Origin: Candidatus Latescibacterota bacterium
Lineage (GTDB): Bacteria; Latescibacterota; UBA2968; UBA8231
DNA length: 64,000 nt
Assembly (NCBI GenBank): GCA_965204725.1
Contig: OZ242005.1
Span: forward strand, 5,216,001-5,280,000
Reading direction: 5' to 3'
The position numbers and the translations under genes are program-made. Positions 1 through 8,619 of this stretch are shown here, piece after piece. Under the pieces are notes generated by a model. The model saw only the letters and a list, made by a program, of their open reading frames with translations. It was not told where the DNA came from and did no database searches. Every line of letters starts with the position of its first letter. Position 1 is the first letter of the stretch.

Positions 1-70
1 CGGGGGAACTACAGCCGAGGGCTAGGAGTGCCAACCCACTCACAATCCCGCGGAGCACCATTGTGTGCAT
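1..70 (-). CDS. 5' end of a probable lipoprotein (runs off the left edge)
   Basis: Reverse strand from ATG at 70 reads MHTMVLRGIVSGLALLALGCSSP, a hydrophobic stretch followed by a lipobox-like LALGC; it lies just downstream of the dnaE stop. Confidence 0.5.
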   Translation of the reverse strand, partial: MHTMVLRGIVSGLALLALGCSSP

Positions 71-83
71 AGTACGTCCTAAT

Positions 84-3000
84 TCAACTATTGGAATGGT
101 GGAAGCTCACGGGGGCTTGCACCTTGGGCGTCAGCCGGGTGGCTCGGGGGCCGATTAGTTCCTCAATGCCGCGCAGCAAATCGTCGCAGGGATCGACGCG
201 AATCGTCTTGGAGCGCACCATTTTGTCTTGCTCGTCGCCGTTTTTGAGCTGGAGCCACAGCTCGCAATCGCCCAAGTGGCTCTCGCAGAGGCGACGCAGC
301 CGGCCGAGCAGGGGGTCGCCTACTTTTTGGTAGGGCAGCGACAAGGTGACGGACTTGGTCAGTTCGGCCCGCGCCGATTTGAGGGGCAGGGCGCGGTCAG
401 CCTGTAGGTTCAGGCGTCCGTGGCGCTCGCAAACGCGGCCCTCTACGAGAATGGGTTCGCCCTCCACGAGCAGCGGTTGGTGGCTGGCGAAGGCTTCGGC
501 GAAAAACGCAATATCGCCCGTGCCGTTGAGGTCTTTGAGCGTGACGAAGGCAAAGGGATTGCCGCGGCGGTCGAAGAGCTGGCGCACCTCCTCGACTAGG
601 CCGCCAACTCGCAGCGGCACCCCGTTGCGCTGCTCTTCTATCTTGCTCAGGGGCTGAGCGAAGTTTTTTAGGTCGCGGGCGTAGGGCTCGAGCGGATGGC
701 TGGAGAGGTAGAACCCCAAGAGGTCGCGTTCCTTGGCCAGCTTTTCGCGCTCGGACCACTCCTCGATCTCGGGCAACTCCTGCACCAGCTCGGCCGAGCC
801 GCCGGCGTCGAAGAGGCTAATCTGCCCCCGCTCGCGGTTTTCTTGGGCCTTGCCGGCGGCCTTTAAGGCCGACTCTAGCCCCTCCATTTGCTGGGCGCGA
901 TGCCCTTCGAGGCCGTCCAATGCTCCCGCCGCAATCAAACTCTCGACTACGCGCCGGTTGACGGCCTGCAAGTCGATGCGCTCGCAGAATTCAAATAGGG
1001 TCGTAAAAGAGCCATCGGCAATCCGCGTATCGACCATGCTCTGCGCCGCGCCCTCGCCGACGTTTTTGATCGCCGCTAGGCCGTAGCGAATGCCCCCATC
1101 AGTCGGCGTAAAGTTGAGCGTGCTTTCGTTGACATCGGGGGACAGGACTGGGATGCCCATGCGGCGACATTCGTTCAGAAGCACGGTGAGGGTATCCGTG
1201 TTCTTGCGGGCGACGGTCAGGGAGGCCGCCATGTATTCCTTGGGATAGTGGGCCTTGAGGTACGCGTTTTTGTACGCGCCTTCGGCGTAGCAGGCCGCGT
1301 GCGACTTGTTGAAGGCGTAGCCGGCAAAAATCTCAATCTCCCCGAACAGCTTGTTGGCCAAGGCCCTTTCCACCTCGTGGGCGACGCAGCCGCCGACGAA
1401 GTCCTTTTTGACCTTCGCCATTTCCTCGGGCTTTTTCTTGCCCATGGCCTTCCGCAAGATGTCGGCTTGCCCGAGGGTGAAACCGGCCAGCTCTTGGGCG
1501 ATGCGCATGACCTGCTCCTGATAGACCATAATTCCATACGTTGGCTCCAAAATCGACTCCAACTTGGGGTGGTCGTAGGAGACGGCCTCTTCGCCGCGCT
1601 TGCGGGCGATGAAGGTCGGGATATTGTCCATCGGCCCCGGGCGATAGAGGGCGTTCATGGCGATGATGTCTTCGATGTCGTCCGGCTTGAGCTTGCTCAA
1701 GTATTCGCGCATCCCGGCGGACTCAAACTGGAAAACGCCGATTGTATGGCCGCGCCCAAACAGGTCGAAAGTGGCCCGGTCGTCCCAAGGGATGGCTTCC
1801 AAGTCAAAGGTCGGCTCCTTGAGCTGAATCAGGCGCACGGCTTCATCGACCAGCGAAAGCTCCTTCAAGCCCAAGATGTCCATCTTGAGCAAGCCGATGT
1901 CCATGCAGGTCTCGCCGACGAACTGGGTAGTTATGGTCCCGTCTTTCGGGGCGCGATAGAGCGGCACGTAGTTGATGAGCTCGCCCGGGGCGATGATCAC
2001 GGCGCAGGCGTGGACTGAAGCGTGGCGCGCCATGCCTTCCAACCGGCGGGCGTATTCGACCAGCTTGCTCTCGTCGCCGGACGCTTGGGCGAGCTGCTGT
2101 AGCTCAGGCACCCGCTCAATGGCCTTGTCGAGGGTAATTTTTAGTTCGGCCGGCACCTGCTTGGCAATGCGATCGACCTCGCCAAAGGGCAGGCCCAAGA
2201 CCCGCCCAACGTCGCGCACGACCGCTTTGGCGCCCATCGTCCCAAACGTGATGACCTGCGAGACGTTGTCCTTGCCGTACTTATCCACTACGTAGCGCAG
2301 CACCTCGTCGCGCCGGGTGTCGTCAAAGTCGATGTCGATATCGGGCGGCTCAATGCGCTCGGGATTGAGGAAGCGCTCGAAGATCAGGTCGTACTTGATG
2401 GGATCTACATTGGTAATGTTGAGGCAATACGAGGCCAAGCAGCCGGCGGCCGAGCCGCGCCCCGGCCCCACGGAGATGCCCTGCTGGCGGGCGTAGTTGA
2501 CCAAGTCCCAGACGATGAGGAAATAGCCGGAAAAATCTTGGCTGGTGATGACGCTTAGCTCGTAGTCGAGCCGCTCTTGCACGGCCGGATCGACCTTGCC
2601 GTAGCGCCGCTCCAAACCCTCCTGCGCCAGTTGCGTCAGATAGTCGTCGCTGGAGTCGTAGCCCGCCGGGATCGGAAAATCCGGCATGTAGGTCTTCCCG
2701 AATTCGAGCTCGACGTTGCACTTGTCGGCAATTTCGAGGGTCCGCTCCAGCGCGTCGGGCAAGTCTGCAAACAGGGACTGCATCTCGTCGGGACTCTTCA
2801 TGTAGAGGCCGTCGGGATAGCACAGGCGATTTTTCTCGCCCACCGTCTTGCCGGTCTGGATGCAGATTAGCGCGTCGTGGGCCGCGTGGTCTGTGGCGTG
2901 GAGGAAGTGGAAATCGTTGGTGGCGACCAGCGGCACCCCCAGCTTGCGATGCAGCTTGAGCAGGCCGTCGTTTACCTTGGCTTCGGGGTCGATGTCGTGG

Positions 3001-3539
3001 CGCTGGATCTCCAAGTAGTAATCCTCGCCAAAGATGTCCATGAATTCGCGGGCGACCTTTTCGGCCGCGGCCATCCCCTCGCGCTGAATGAGGTGCGGAA
3101 TCTCGCCGCCGATGCAGGCCGACATGCAGATTAGGCCCTCGGCGTGTTCGCGCAAAAGCTCCTTGTCGATGCGGGGATTGTAGTAGTAGCCTTCGAGATA
3201 GCCCTTGGAGACCAGCTTGGTTAGGTTGCGGTAGCCGGTGTCGTTTTTGGCCAGCAAAATTAGGTGGTTGGAGGCGTGCGTGAGGCCGCGGGCGGCTTGG
3301 CGCAAGTGGCGGCTATCAATCGCCACATAGACCTCGCAGCCGATGATGGGGTTAATGCCCGCGTCGCGGCAGGCCTTGTAGTGCTCGATGACGCCGAAAA
3401 GGTTGCCGTGATCGGTGAGAGCCAAGGCGGGCATGCCCTGCTCGGCCGCTAACTCGGCCATCTCGCCGATCCGACACGCGCCGTCGAGCAGGCTGTATTC
3501 GCTGTGACCGTGTAAATGGACGAAACCAGCCGAAGCCAT
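84..3539 (-). CDS. dnaE: DNA polymerase III alpha subunit
   Basis: PHP motif HLHGHSEYSLLDG, GPGRGSAAG, catalytic PDIDIDF, YAFNKSH, C-terminal OB fold; GGAGGT ribosome-binding site before ATG 3539. Confidence 0.97.
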   Translation of the reverse strand: MASAGFVHLHGHSEYSLLDGACRIGEMAELAAEQGMPALALTDHGNLFGVIEHYKACRDAGINPIIGCEVYVAIDSRHLRQAARGLTHASNHLILLAKNDTGYRNLTKLVSKGYLEGYYYNPRIDKELLREHAEGLICMSACIGGEIPHLIQREGMAAAEKVAREFMDIFGEDYYLEIQRHDIDPEAKVNDGLLKLHRKLGVPLVATNDFHFLHATDHAAHDALICIQTGKTVGEKNRLCYPDGLYMKSPDEMQSLFADLPDALERTLEIADKCNVELEFGKTYMPDFPIPAGYDSSDDYLTQLAQEGLERRYGKVDPAVQERLDYELSVITSQDFSGYFLIVWDLVNYARQQGISVGPGRGSAAGCLASYCLNITNVDPIKYDLIFERFLNPERIEPPDIDIDFDDTRRDEVLRYVVDKYGKDNVSQVITFGTMGAKAVVRDVGRVLGLPFGEVDRIAKQVPAELKITLDKAIERVPELQQLAQASGDESKLVEYARRLEGMARHASVHACAVIIAPGELINYVPLYRAPKDGTITTQFVGETCMDIGLLKMDILGLKELSLVDEAVRLIQLKEPTFDLEAIPWDDRATFDLFGRGHTIGVFQFESAGMREYLSKLKPDDIEDIIAMNALYRPGPMDNIPTFIARKRGEEAVSYDHPKLESILEPTYGIMVYQEQVMRIAQELAGFTLGQADILRKAMGKKKPEEMAKVKKDFVGGCVAHEVERALANKLFGEIEIFAGYAFNKSHAACYAEGAYKNAYLKAHYPKEYMAASLTVARKNTDTLTVLLNECRRMGIPVLSPDVNESTLNFTPTDGGIRYGLAAIKNVGEGAAQSMVDTRIADGSFTTLFEFCERIDLQAVNRRVVESLIAAGALDGLEGHRAQQMEGLESALKAAGKAQENRERGQISLFDAGGSAELVQELPEIEEWSEREKLAKERDLLGFYLSSHPLEPYARDLKNFAQPLSKIEEQRNGVPLRVGGLVEEVRQLFDRRGNPFAFVTLKDLNGTGDIAFFAEAFASHQPLLVEGEPILVEGRVCERHGRLNLQADRALPLKSARAELTKSVTLSLPYQKVGDPLLGRLRRLCESHLGDCELWLQLKNGDEQDKMVRSKTIRVDPCDDLLRGIEELIGPRATRLTPKVQAPVSFHHSNS

Positions 3540-3646
3540 GATCACCTCCGCTACCTGTATGCGTTAGAAAAAACTCTGGATATGTTAGAAAGCACGGCCG
3601 CACAACGGGCCAAACTGCCTTGGGGAAGGGCATCGCCTCTTGGTGA

Positions 3647-3675
3647 AACATAGCCAATTCAAAAGGGGCTGTCAA
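3647..3675 (-). promoter_or_regulatory. sigma70-type promoter for dnaE
   Basis: TTGACA-17 nt-TATGTT on the minus strand. Confidence 0.55.
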
Positions 3676-3818
3676 TGACCTACAGCAGGGGTTGTTATTT
3701 TTATAAAATACTGTTATTATTTGACTTAAATTATTGTCCGCCGCTGGCAGAACGGGCCGGAACTCGCCGGCCCCGCGAACTTGTCGCTGAGAATAACTTT
3801 TTGCCGAGGAGATATCGG

Positions 3819-4067
3819 ATGATCGACGAAGAACTATTGGCGATTCTCGCCTGTCCCGAGACCAAAGAGCCGGTCGCTCTCGCCGCGGACGAACTCATTG
3901 CCGCGCTCAACAGCCGCATTGTGCGCGGAGAAGTCAAGAACCGAGCTGGCAAGACCGTAGAAGGCAAACTCGATGGCGGCCTAGTCCGGGCAGACGGCGC
4001 GTACCTCTATCCGATCCAGGACGAAATCCCCATCTTGCTCCTCGACGAGGCCATTCCACTCCGCTAG
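3819..4067 (+). CDS. Trm112/YcaR-family small protein
   Basis: MIDEELLAILACPETK...YPIQDEIPILL pattern; GAGGAG ribosome-binding site before ATG 3819. Confidence 0.85.
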   Translation: MIDEELLAILACPETKEPVALAADELIAALNSRIVRGEVKNRAGKTVEGKLDGGLVRADGAYLYPIQDEIPILLLDEAIPLR

Positions 4068-4072
4068 CGTAT

Positions 4073-4106
4073 AAAAAAAGGGACTGTACGCTCGTACAGT
4101 CCCTTT
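4073..4106. terminator. Intrinsic terminator, probably bidirectional
   Basis: AAAAAAA-GGGACTGTAC-gctc-GTACAGTCCC-TTT hairpin between the convergent Trm112 gene and tRNA-Leu. Confidence 0.85.
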
Positions 4107-4120
4107 GCAACTTCTATTGA

Positions 4121-4205
4121 TGGTGCCGAAGCGGGGATTCGAACCCCGACGCCCGAAGGCACTGCCCCCTCAAGACAGCGTGTCTACCAATTTCACCACT
4201 TCGGC
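4121..4205 (-). tRNA. tRNA-Leu(GAG)
   Basis: GCCGAAGTGGTGAAATTGGTAGACACGCTGTCTTGAGGGGGCAG...GGTTCGAATCCCCGCTTCGGCACCA; long variable arm, CCA end, usual position after secG. Confidence 0.95.
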
Positions 4206-4223
4206 ACAAAAACCGGTCGGATA

Positions 4224-4598
4224 CTACGGAGCCTCGGCCGGCTCCTCAGCGGTCGCCTCTTCCTGCTCGCCCAGCAGATGCTCTGTTTCCGGGATGGCGG
4301 GCACCGCAGGTGCTTGCTGCTCGGCCATCGTGCGTTGCGTCGCCGTCGTCGGGGTGGTCTCGGCCGTCTGAAAGGCCACCGACTGCACCAAACAACTCAG
4401 CATAAAGGCCGTGGCCAGCACGGTCGTGGCCTTGGTCAGGAACGTGGCTGCGGTGCGGCCGCCCAACACCGAGGAAGAGGCTAAACCACCGCCGATCGAT
4501 CCGGCTAGGCCACCGCCCTTGCCCGCCTGCAAGAGCACGGTCACGACTAGGAACAAGCAAATCAGCACGTGAAAAATCGTAAATAGAATCTCAAACAT
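4224..4598 (-). CDS. secG: Preprotein translocase subunit SecG
   Basis: VLLQAGKGGGLAG...FLTKAT motif, two transmembrane segments, tpiA-secG-tRNA-Leu synteny. Confidence 0.95.
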   Translation of the reverse strand: MFEILFTIFHVLICLFLVVTVLLQAGKGGGLAGSIGGGLASSSVLGGRTAATFLTKATTVLATAFMLSCLVQSVAFQTAETTPTTATQRTMAEQQAPAVPAIPETEHLLGEQEEATAEEPAEAP

Positions 4599-4659
4599 GG
4601 TCTCGTGATGGTTCCCCAAGTCTAGGAGTTGCGAATTATCGCCGCTTTCTAAGACAAAT

Positions 4660-5418
4660 TTAAGGGTAAAGGGCGCTCTTCACAATAGCGGCAAACTGCT
4701 CGGCGTCCAGCGCGGCACCGCCGATTAAGCCCCCGTCGATGTTGTCTTGGGCAAAGAGTTCGGCTGCGTTTTCGGGCTTGACGCTGCCGCCGTACTGGAT
4801 GCGCACCTCGTCGTTGGCTGCTTGTCCCAAACGCCCCGCGAGGAAGTGGCGGATCATGGCATGGACCGCTTCGGCCTGCGCGGCCGTCGCCGTCATCCCG
4901 GTGCCAATCGCCCAAACCGGCTCGTACGCCCACAGCACCGCGCTCGCCGCGCTCGCCGCAATTCCGGCTAGCGCACCGCTCACTTGGCCGAGGACGACCT
5001 CCTCAATGCGGCCCTCTTCGCGCTCTTGCAGGGTCTCGCCGACGCAGACGATCGGGTGCAGGCCGGCTTGGAGGGCACGGGCTAGCTTGCGGTTGACCAG
5101 CAAGTCGTCCTCGCCGCAAAACTGCCTTCGCTCGGAGTGCCCTAGCAGCACATAAGAGCAACCGGCCGCCAAGAGCATGTCGGCGGATACTTCGCCGGTG
5201 AAAGCTCCCTGCCGCTCGGAGTGCATGTTCTGGGCCCCCAGCCCAATGGTGCTGTCGGCCAGAGCCGTGTGGACGGCTTGCAGACTCGTGAACGGTGGAC
5301 AGACGACTACTTCTACATCGAGCCCCGCGACGAGGGGGTCGATTGCTTCGACCAGCTCGACAGCCTCGGCAGCGGTCTTGTGCATCTTCCAGTTGCCAGT
5401 GACAATGGGTCGGCGCAT
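4660..5418 (-). CDS. tpiA: Triosephosphate isomerase
   Basis: GNWKM, GHSERR, AYEPVWAIGTG, YGGSV motifs. Confidence 0.97.
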   Translation of the reverse strand: MRRPIVTGNWKMHKTAAEAVELVEAIDPLVAGLDVEVVVCPPFTSLQAVHTALADSTIGLGAQNMHSERQGAFTGEVSADMLLAAGCSYVLLGHSERRQFCGEDDLLVNRKLARALQAGLHPIVCVGETLQEREEGRIEEVVLGQVSGALAGIAASAASAVLWAYEPVWAIGTGMTATAAQAEAVHAMIRHFLAGRLGQAANDEVRIQYGGSVKPENAAELFAQDNIDGGLIGGAALDAEQFAAIVKSALYP

Positions 5419-5419
5419 C

Positions 5420-6622
5420 TCAGCCCTCCTCGTCGTCCAAGGCCGCCACCCCGGGCAAGACCCGCCCGCTCATGCACTCCAGCGAAGCCCCGCCCCCAGT
5501 GGAAATGTGGGTCATCGCTTGCGCCAAGCCGGCTTGGGCGATAGCCGCGGCCGTATCCCCCCCGCCAATAATGCTCAACGCGCCCTCGCCGGTGGCGGCC
5601 GCTAGGGCTTGAGCCACCTGTTGGGTCCCCGCGGCAAAGGGCGTCATCTCGCACACTCCGAGGGGGCCGTTCCACACGATGGTGCCCCCGCGGGCGATCT
5701 GGTCGGCGTAGCGCTGCCGGGTCTGGGGGCCGATGTCCATGCCCTGCCAACCGCGCGGTATGGCGTCGCGGGCTACGACTCGCGCTTGGGCGTCGGCCGC
5801 AAAGCGGTCGGCGACCACGCAATCGACGGGAAGCCGGAGATCCAACCCCTCGTTTTCGACGTGGGTCAATAGCTGCCGGGCCGTGTCTATGCGGTCCGCT
5901 TCGAGCAGCGAATCCCCGATTGCGAGGCCCATGGCCTTGAAGAAGGTATAGGCCATGCCGCCGCCGATGAGCAGGGCATCCACTCGCTTGAGCAAGTGCT
6001 CGATCAGCTCGATCTTGCCCGAGATCTTGGCGCCGCCCAACACGGCGGTAAATGGCCGCTGCGGCTGGCGCAGAGCCTCGTCGAGATAGGAAATCTCCCG
6101 CTCCATCAGCAGGCCGCTGGCTCCCCCGCCCAGCCAGCGCGGCACCCCTTCGGTCGAAGCGTGTGCCCGGTGCGCCGCCCCAAAGGCGTCGTTGACGTAA
6201 GCATGGCCTAGCGCGGCCAAGTGCTGGGCAAAAGCCCGCTCGTTTTGCTCCTCTTGCGGGTGGAAGCGCACGTTTTCTAAGAGCAGGACCTGCCCCGGCT
6301 GCAAGGCCGCGGCTTGGGCCGCAACCTCGGCCCCGACGCAGTCTGGGGCCATGCCCACCGCACGGCCCAACAACCGGCTCAGGCACTCGGCTATCGGGGC
6401 CAGCGATAGTGCGGGCACTCGGCGGCCGCAGGGGCGGCCCAAGTGCGACACGAGAATGACGGCGGCCCCCCGCGCCAATAAGTGCTCGACCGTGGGCAGG
6501 GCTGCGCGAATCCGCGTGTCGTCAACAATCTGGCCGACCTCGTCGAGCGGCACGTTGAAATCCACGCGCACGAGCACCCGCTTGCCAGCGACCTCGAGGT
6601 TCCTGATGGTGCGCTTGGCCAT
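5420..6622 (-). CDS. pgk: Phosphoglycerate kinase
   Basis: RVDFNVP, SHLGRP, GGAKISGK, HISTGGGASLE motifs. Confidence 0.97.
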   Translation of the reverse strand: MAKRTIRNLEVAGKRVLVRVDFNVPLDEVGQIVDDTRIRAALPTVEHLLARGAAVILVSHLGRPCGRRVPALSLAPIAECLSRLLGRAVGMAPDCVGAEVAAQAAALQPGQVLLLENVRFHPQEEQNERAFAQHLAALGHAYVNDAFGAAHRAHASTEGVPRWLGGGASGLLMEREISYLDEALRQPQRPFTAVLGGAKISGKIELIEHLLKRVDALLIGGGMAYTFFKAMGLAIGDSLLEADRIDTARQLLTHVENEGLDLRLPVDCVVADRFAADAQARVVARDAIPRGWQGMDIGPQTRQRYADQIARGGTIVWNGPLGVCEMTPFAAGTQQVAQALAAATGEGALSIIGGGDTAAAIAQAGLAQAMTHISTGGGASLECMSGRVLPGVAALDDEEG

Positions 6623-6626
6623 GGGC

Positions 6627-7679
6627 TTAACCGAAGAATACCGTGGCTAGGTCGTATAGCTCTTGGTCAACCACCTTGAGCTGATCGACCGCATCGGCCA
6701 GTGGGATCGCCACGATTTCGTTGCCTTGCAGGCTGACCATCTTGCCGAAGTCGTTGGCGTGAACCAAGTCGATGGCGGCAATGCCAAAGCGCGTGCCCAA
6801 AACCCGGTCGAAGGCCGTGGGCGTCCCCCCGCGCTGCAAGTGGCCCAGCACCGTAACTCGCGTCTCGTAGCTCGTCGCCTCCTCAACGGCGTTGGCGACG
6901 AGTTGGCCGATGCCGCCCAACTTGACGTGGCCGAACTCGTCGCGCCCCCCCTCGGAGACCACGTATTCGTCCGCCCCGCCTTCCTCAGAAACAAGTTGCA
7001 CCCCCTCAGCCACGACCACGATCGAAAAGTCCTTGCCGCGCTCGTGTCGCTTGCGGATGGTGCTGACGACTTCCTCAACGGTGTATTTCTGCTCGGGGAT
7101 GAGAATCATGTCTGCGCCCCCGGCCAAGCCCGCGTGGAGGGCGATCCAACCGCTGTGCCGCCCCATGACCTCGACGACCATCACTCGATTGTGGGATTCG
7201 GCCGTGGTGTGGATGCGGTCGATGGCCTCGGTGACGATGTTGACCGCCGTGTCAAAGCCAAAGGTGTAGTCCGTGCCGCTCAGGTCGTTGTCGATGGTCT
7301 TGGGCACCCCCACGACCGGGACTCCTAGGAGCGCCAGCTTGTTGGCCACCCCCAGCGTGTCCTCGCCGCCGATAGCCACGAGCGCGTCCAGCTTCATCCG
7401 CCGCATGTTGTCGATGACGATTTCGCCGCCGTCTTCTTGTTTGAGCGGGTTAGTGCGCGACGTGCCGAGGATGGTGCCGCCCTTGGGCAAAATGCCGGAA
7501 ATCTCCCGCAGATCCAAGGGCTCCCAGTCGCATTCCATCATCCCTTTCCAGCCCTTGAGGATGCCGCGAAAGCGGTATCGATAGGCCGTAATGCCCTTGC
7601 GCACCACCGCGCGAATGACGGCGTTAAGGCCCGGACAATCGCCGCCGCCGGTCAATATGCCGATCGTCTTTTCGGCCAT
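6627..7679 (-). CDS. pfkA: 6-phosphofructokinase (group III / mixed-substrate type)
   Basis: TGGGDCPGLN, GGEDT, PKTIDND, EVMGR, LGHLQRGG motifs; GGAG ribosome-binding site before ATG 7679. Confidence 0.93.
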   Translation of the reverse strand: MAEKTIGILTGGGDCPGLNAVIRAVVRKGITAYRYRFRGILKGWKGMMECDWEPLDLREISGILPKGGTILGTSRTNPLKQEDGGEIVIDNMRRMKLDALVAIGGEDTLGVANKLALLGVPVVGVPKTIDNDLSGTDYTFGFDTAVNIVTEAIDRIHTTAESHNRVMVVEVMGRHSGWIALHAGLAGGADMILIPEQKYTVEEVVSTIRKRHERGKDFSIVVVAEGVQLVSEEGGADEYVVSEGGRDEFGHVKLGGIGQLVANAVEEATSYETRVTVLGHLQRGGTPTAFDRVLGTRFGIAAIDLVHANDFGKMVSLQGNEIVAIPLADAVDQLKVVDQELYDLATVFFG

Positions 7680-7768
7680 ATTCGGACTCCTTGGTTCGTG
7701 GTCAACTCTGATTGCAGCTTGCAATATGGGGGGTTTCAAAAAGGGCTAAATGTAGGTGATTATTGGAA

Positions 7769-8437
7769 TTAGGTCAATAGATCGTCGCCGCCCGAGCGCG
7801 CCAAGACAACGGCCCATAAGCGGTCGCCGCCCACGGCTTGGGCACAAGCGGCCATGGTCTCGCCGGTCGTCCACACGTCATCTACGATCCCGATGCGGGT
7901 GCTTGCGGGCGGCGCGGCGCGGCGGACAAAGGCACCGCAGAGGTTGGCGCGGCGTTCCTCGGCCGACAACAGGGCTTGCTGCCGAGTATTTCGCCGGCGG
8001 CGCACGAGCTGGTGGCATACGGGAATGCCGAGTGCGGCACTCAACCCAGCGGCGATTTCCGCGCTCTGATTGAACCCGCGCTCCCGCAACCGGGCCGGGT
8101 GCAAGGGCACGGGCAACAAGCAATCGACCGGAGCGAGCTGATCGGCCAAGCACTGCCCCATGCGCTCGCCCAATGCCCTCCCTAGCCGCGCTTGGTTGCG
8201 AAATTTAAGCGCGTAAATGGCCTGTTGCAGCACTCCGGTGAACGGCCCCAAGGCGACGACCTTTTCAAACGCCCGTCCGCCGGCCTCGGCCGGAGGATGC
8301 GGGTGGCGCGGCTCAATCGCCGCCCAGCACGATTGGCACAACAGGGCGGCGGCCTCAATGTCCGCTTCGCACACCGCGCAGTGCGGCGGATAGGCAAAGT
8401 CCAACAGGGCGCGGCCCCACGTCTGTAGTGTTTCCAT
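7769..8437 (-). CDS. comF: ComF-family phosphoribosyltransferase-like protein
   Basis: N-terminal CxxC...CxxC, PVPLH..R..ERGFNQS, VDDVWTTGET. Confidence 0.88.
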   Translation of the reverse strand: METLQTWGRALLDFAYPPHCAVCEADIEAAALLCQSCWAAIEPRHPHPPAEAGGRAFEKVVALGPFTGVLQQAIYALKFRNQARLGRALGERMGQCLADQLAPVDCLLPVPLHPARLRERGFNQSAEIAAGLSAALGIPVCHQLVRRRRNTRQQALLSAEERRANLCGAFVRRAAPPASTRIGIVDDVWTTGETMAACAQAVGGDRLWAVVLARSGGDDLLT

Positions 8438-8619
8438 TTTGTCCGCTTCGTTACCCAGAGCCTACATCAGGGACAGTTATACTGCGTTGCGTATAACCAA
8501 GAAAAAAACGTGCCAAGCCAACGTGCTACGCGCTGCGTTGCGGTTGCCACAGTCGATCCTTTTTTCGTATTTCCGATAGCGGCGGTAACACAACTCACCC
8601 TCCGGACAAAGGATCGGTT

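Noticed and set aside
84-3539. Intein or split in dnaE
   Set aside because: Length and motif order are ordinary; no insertion seen
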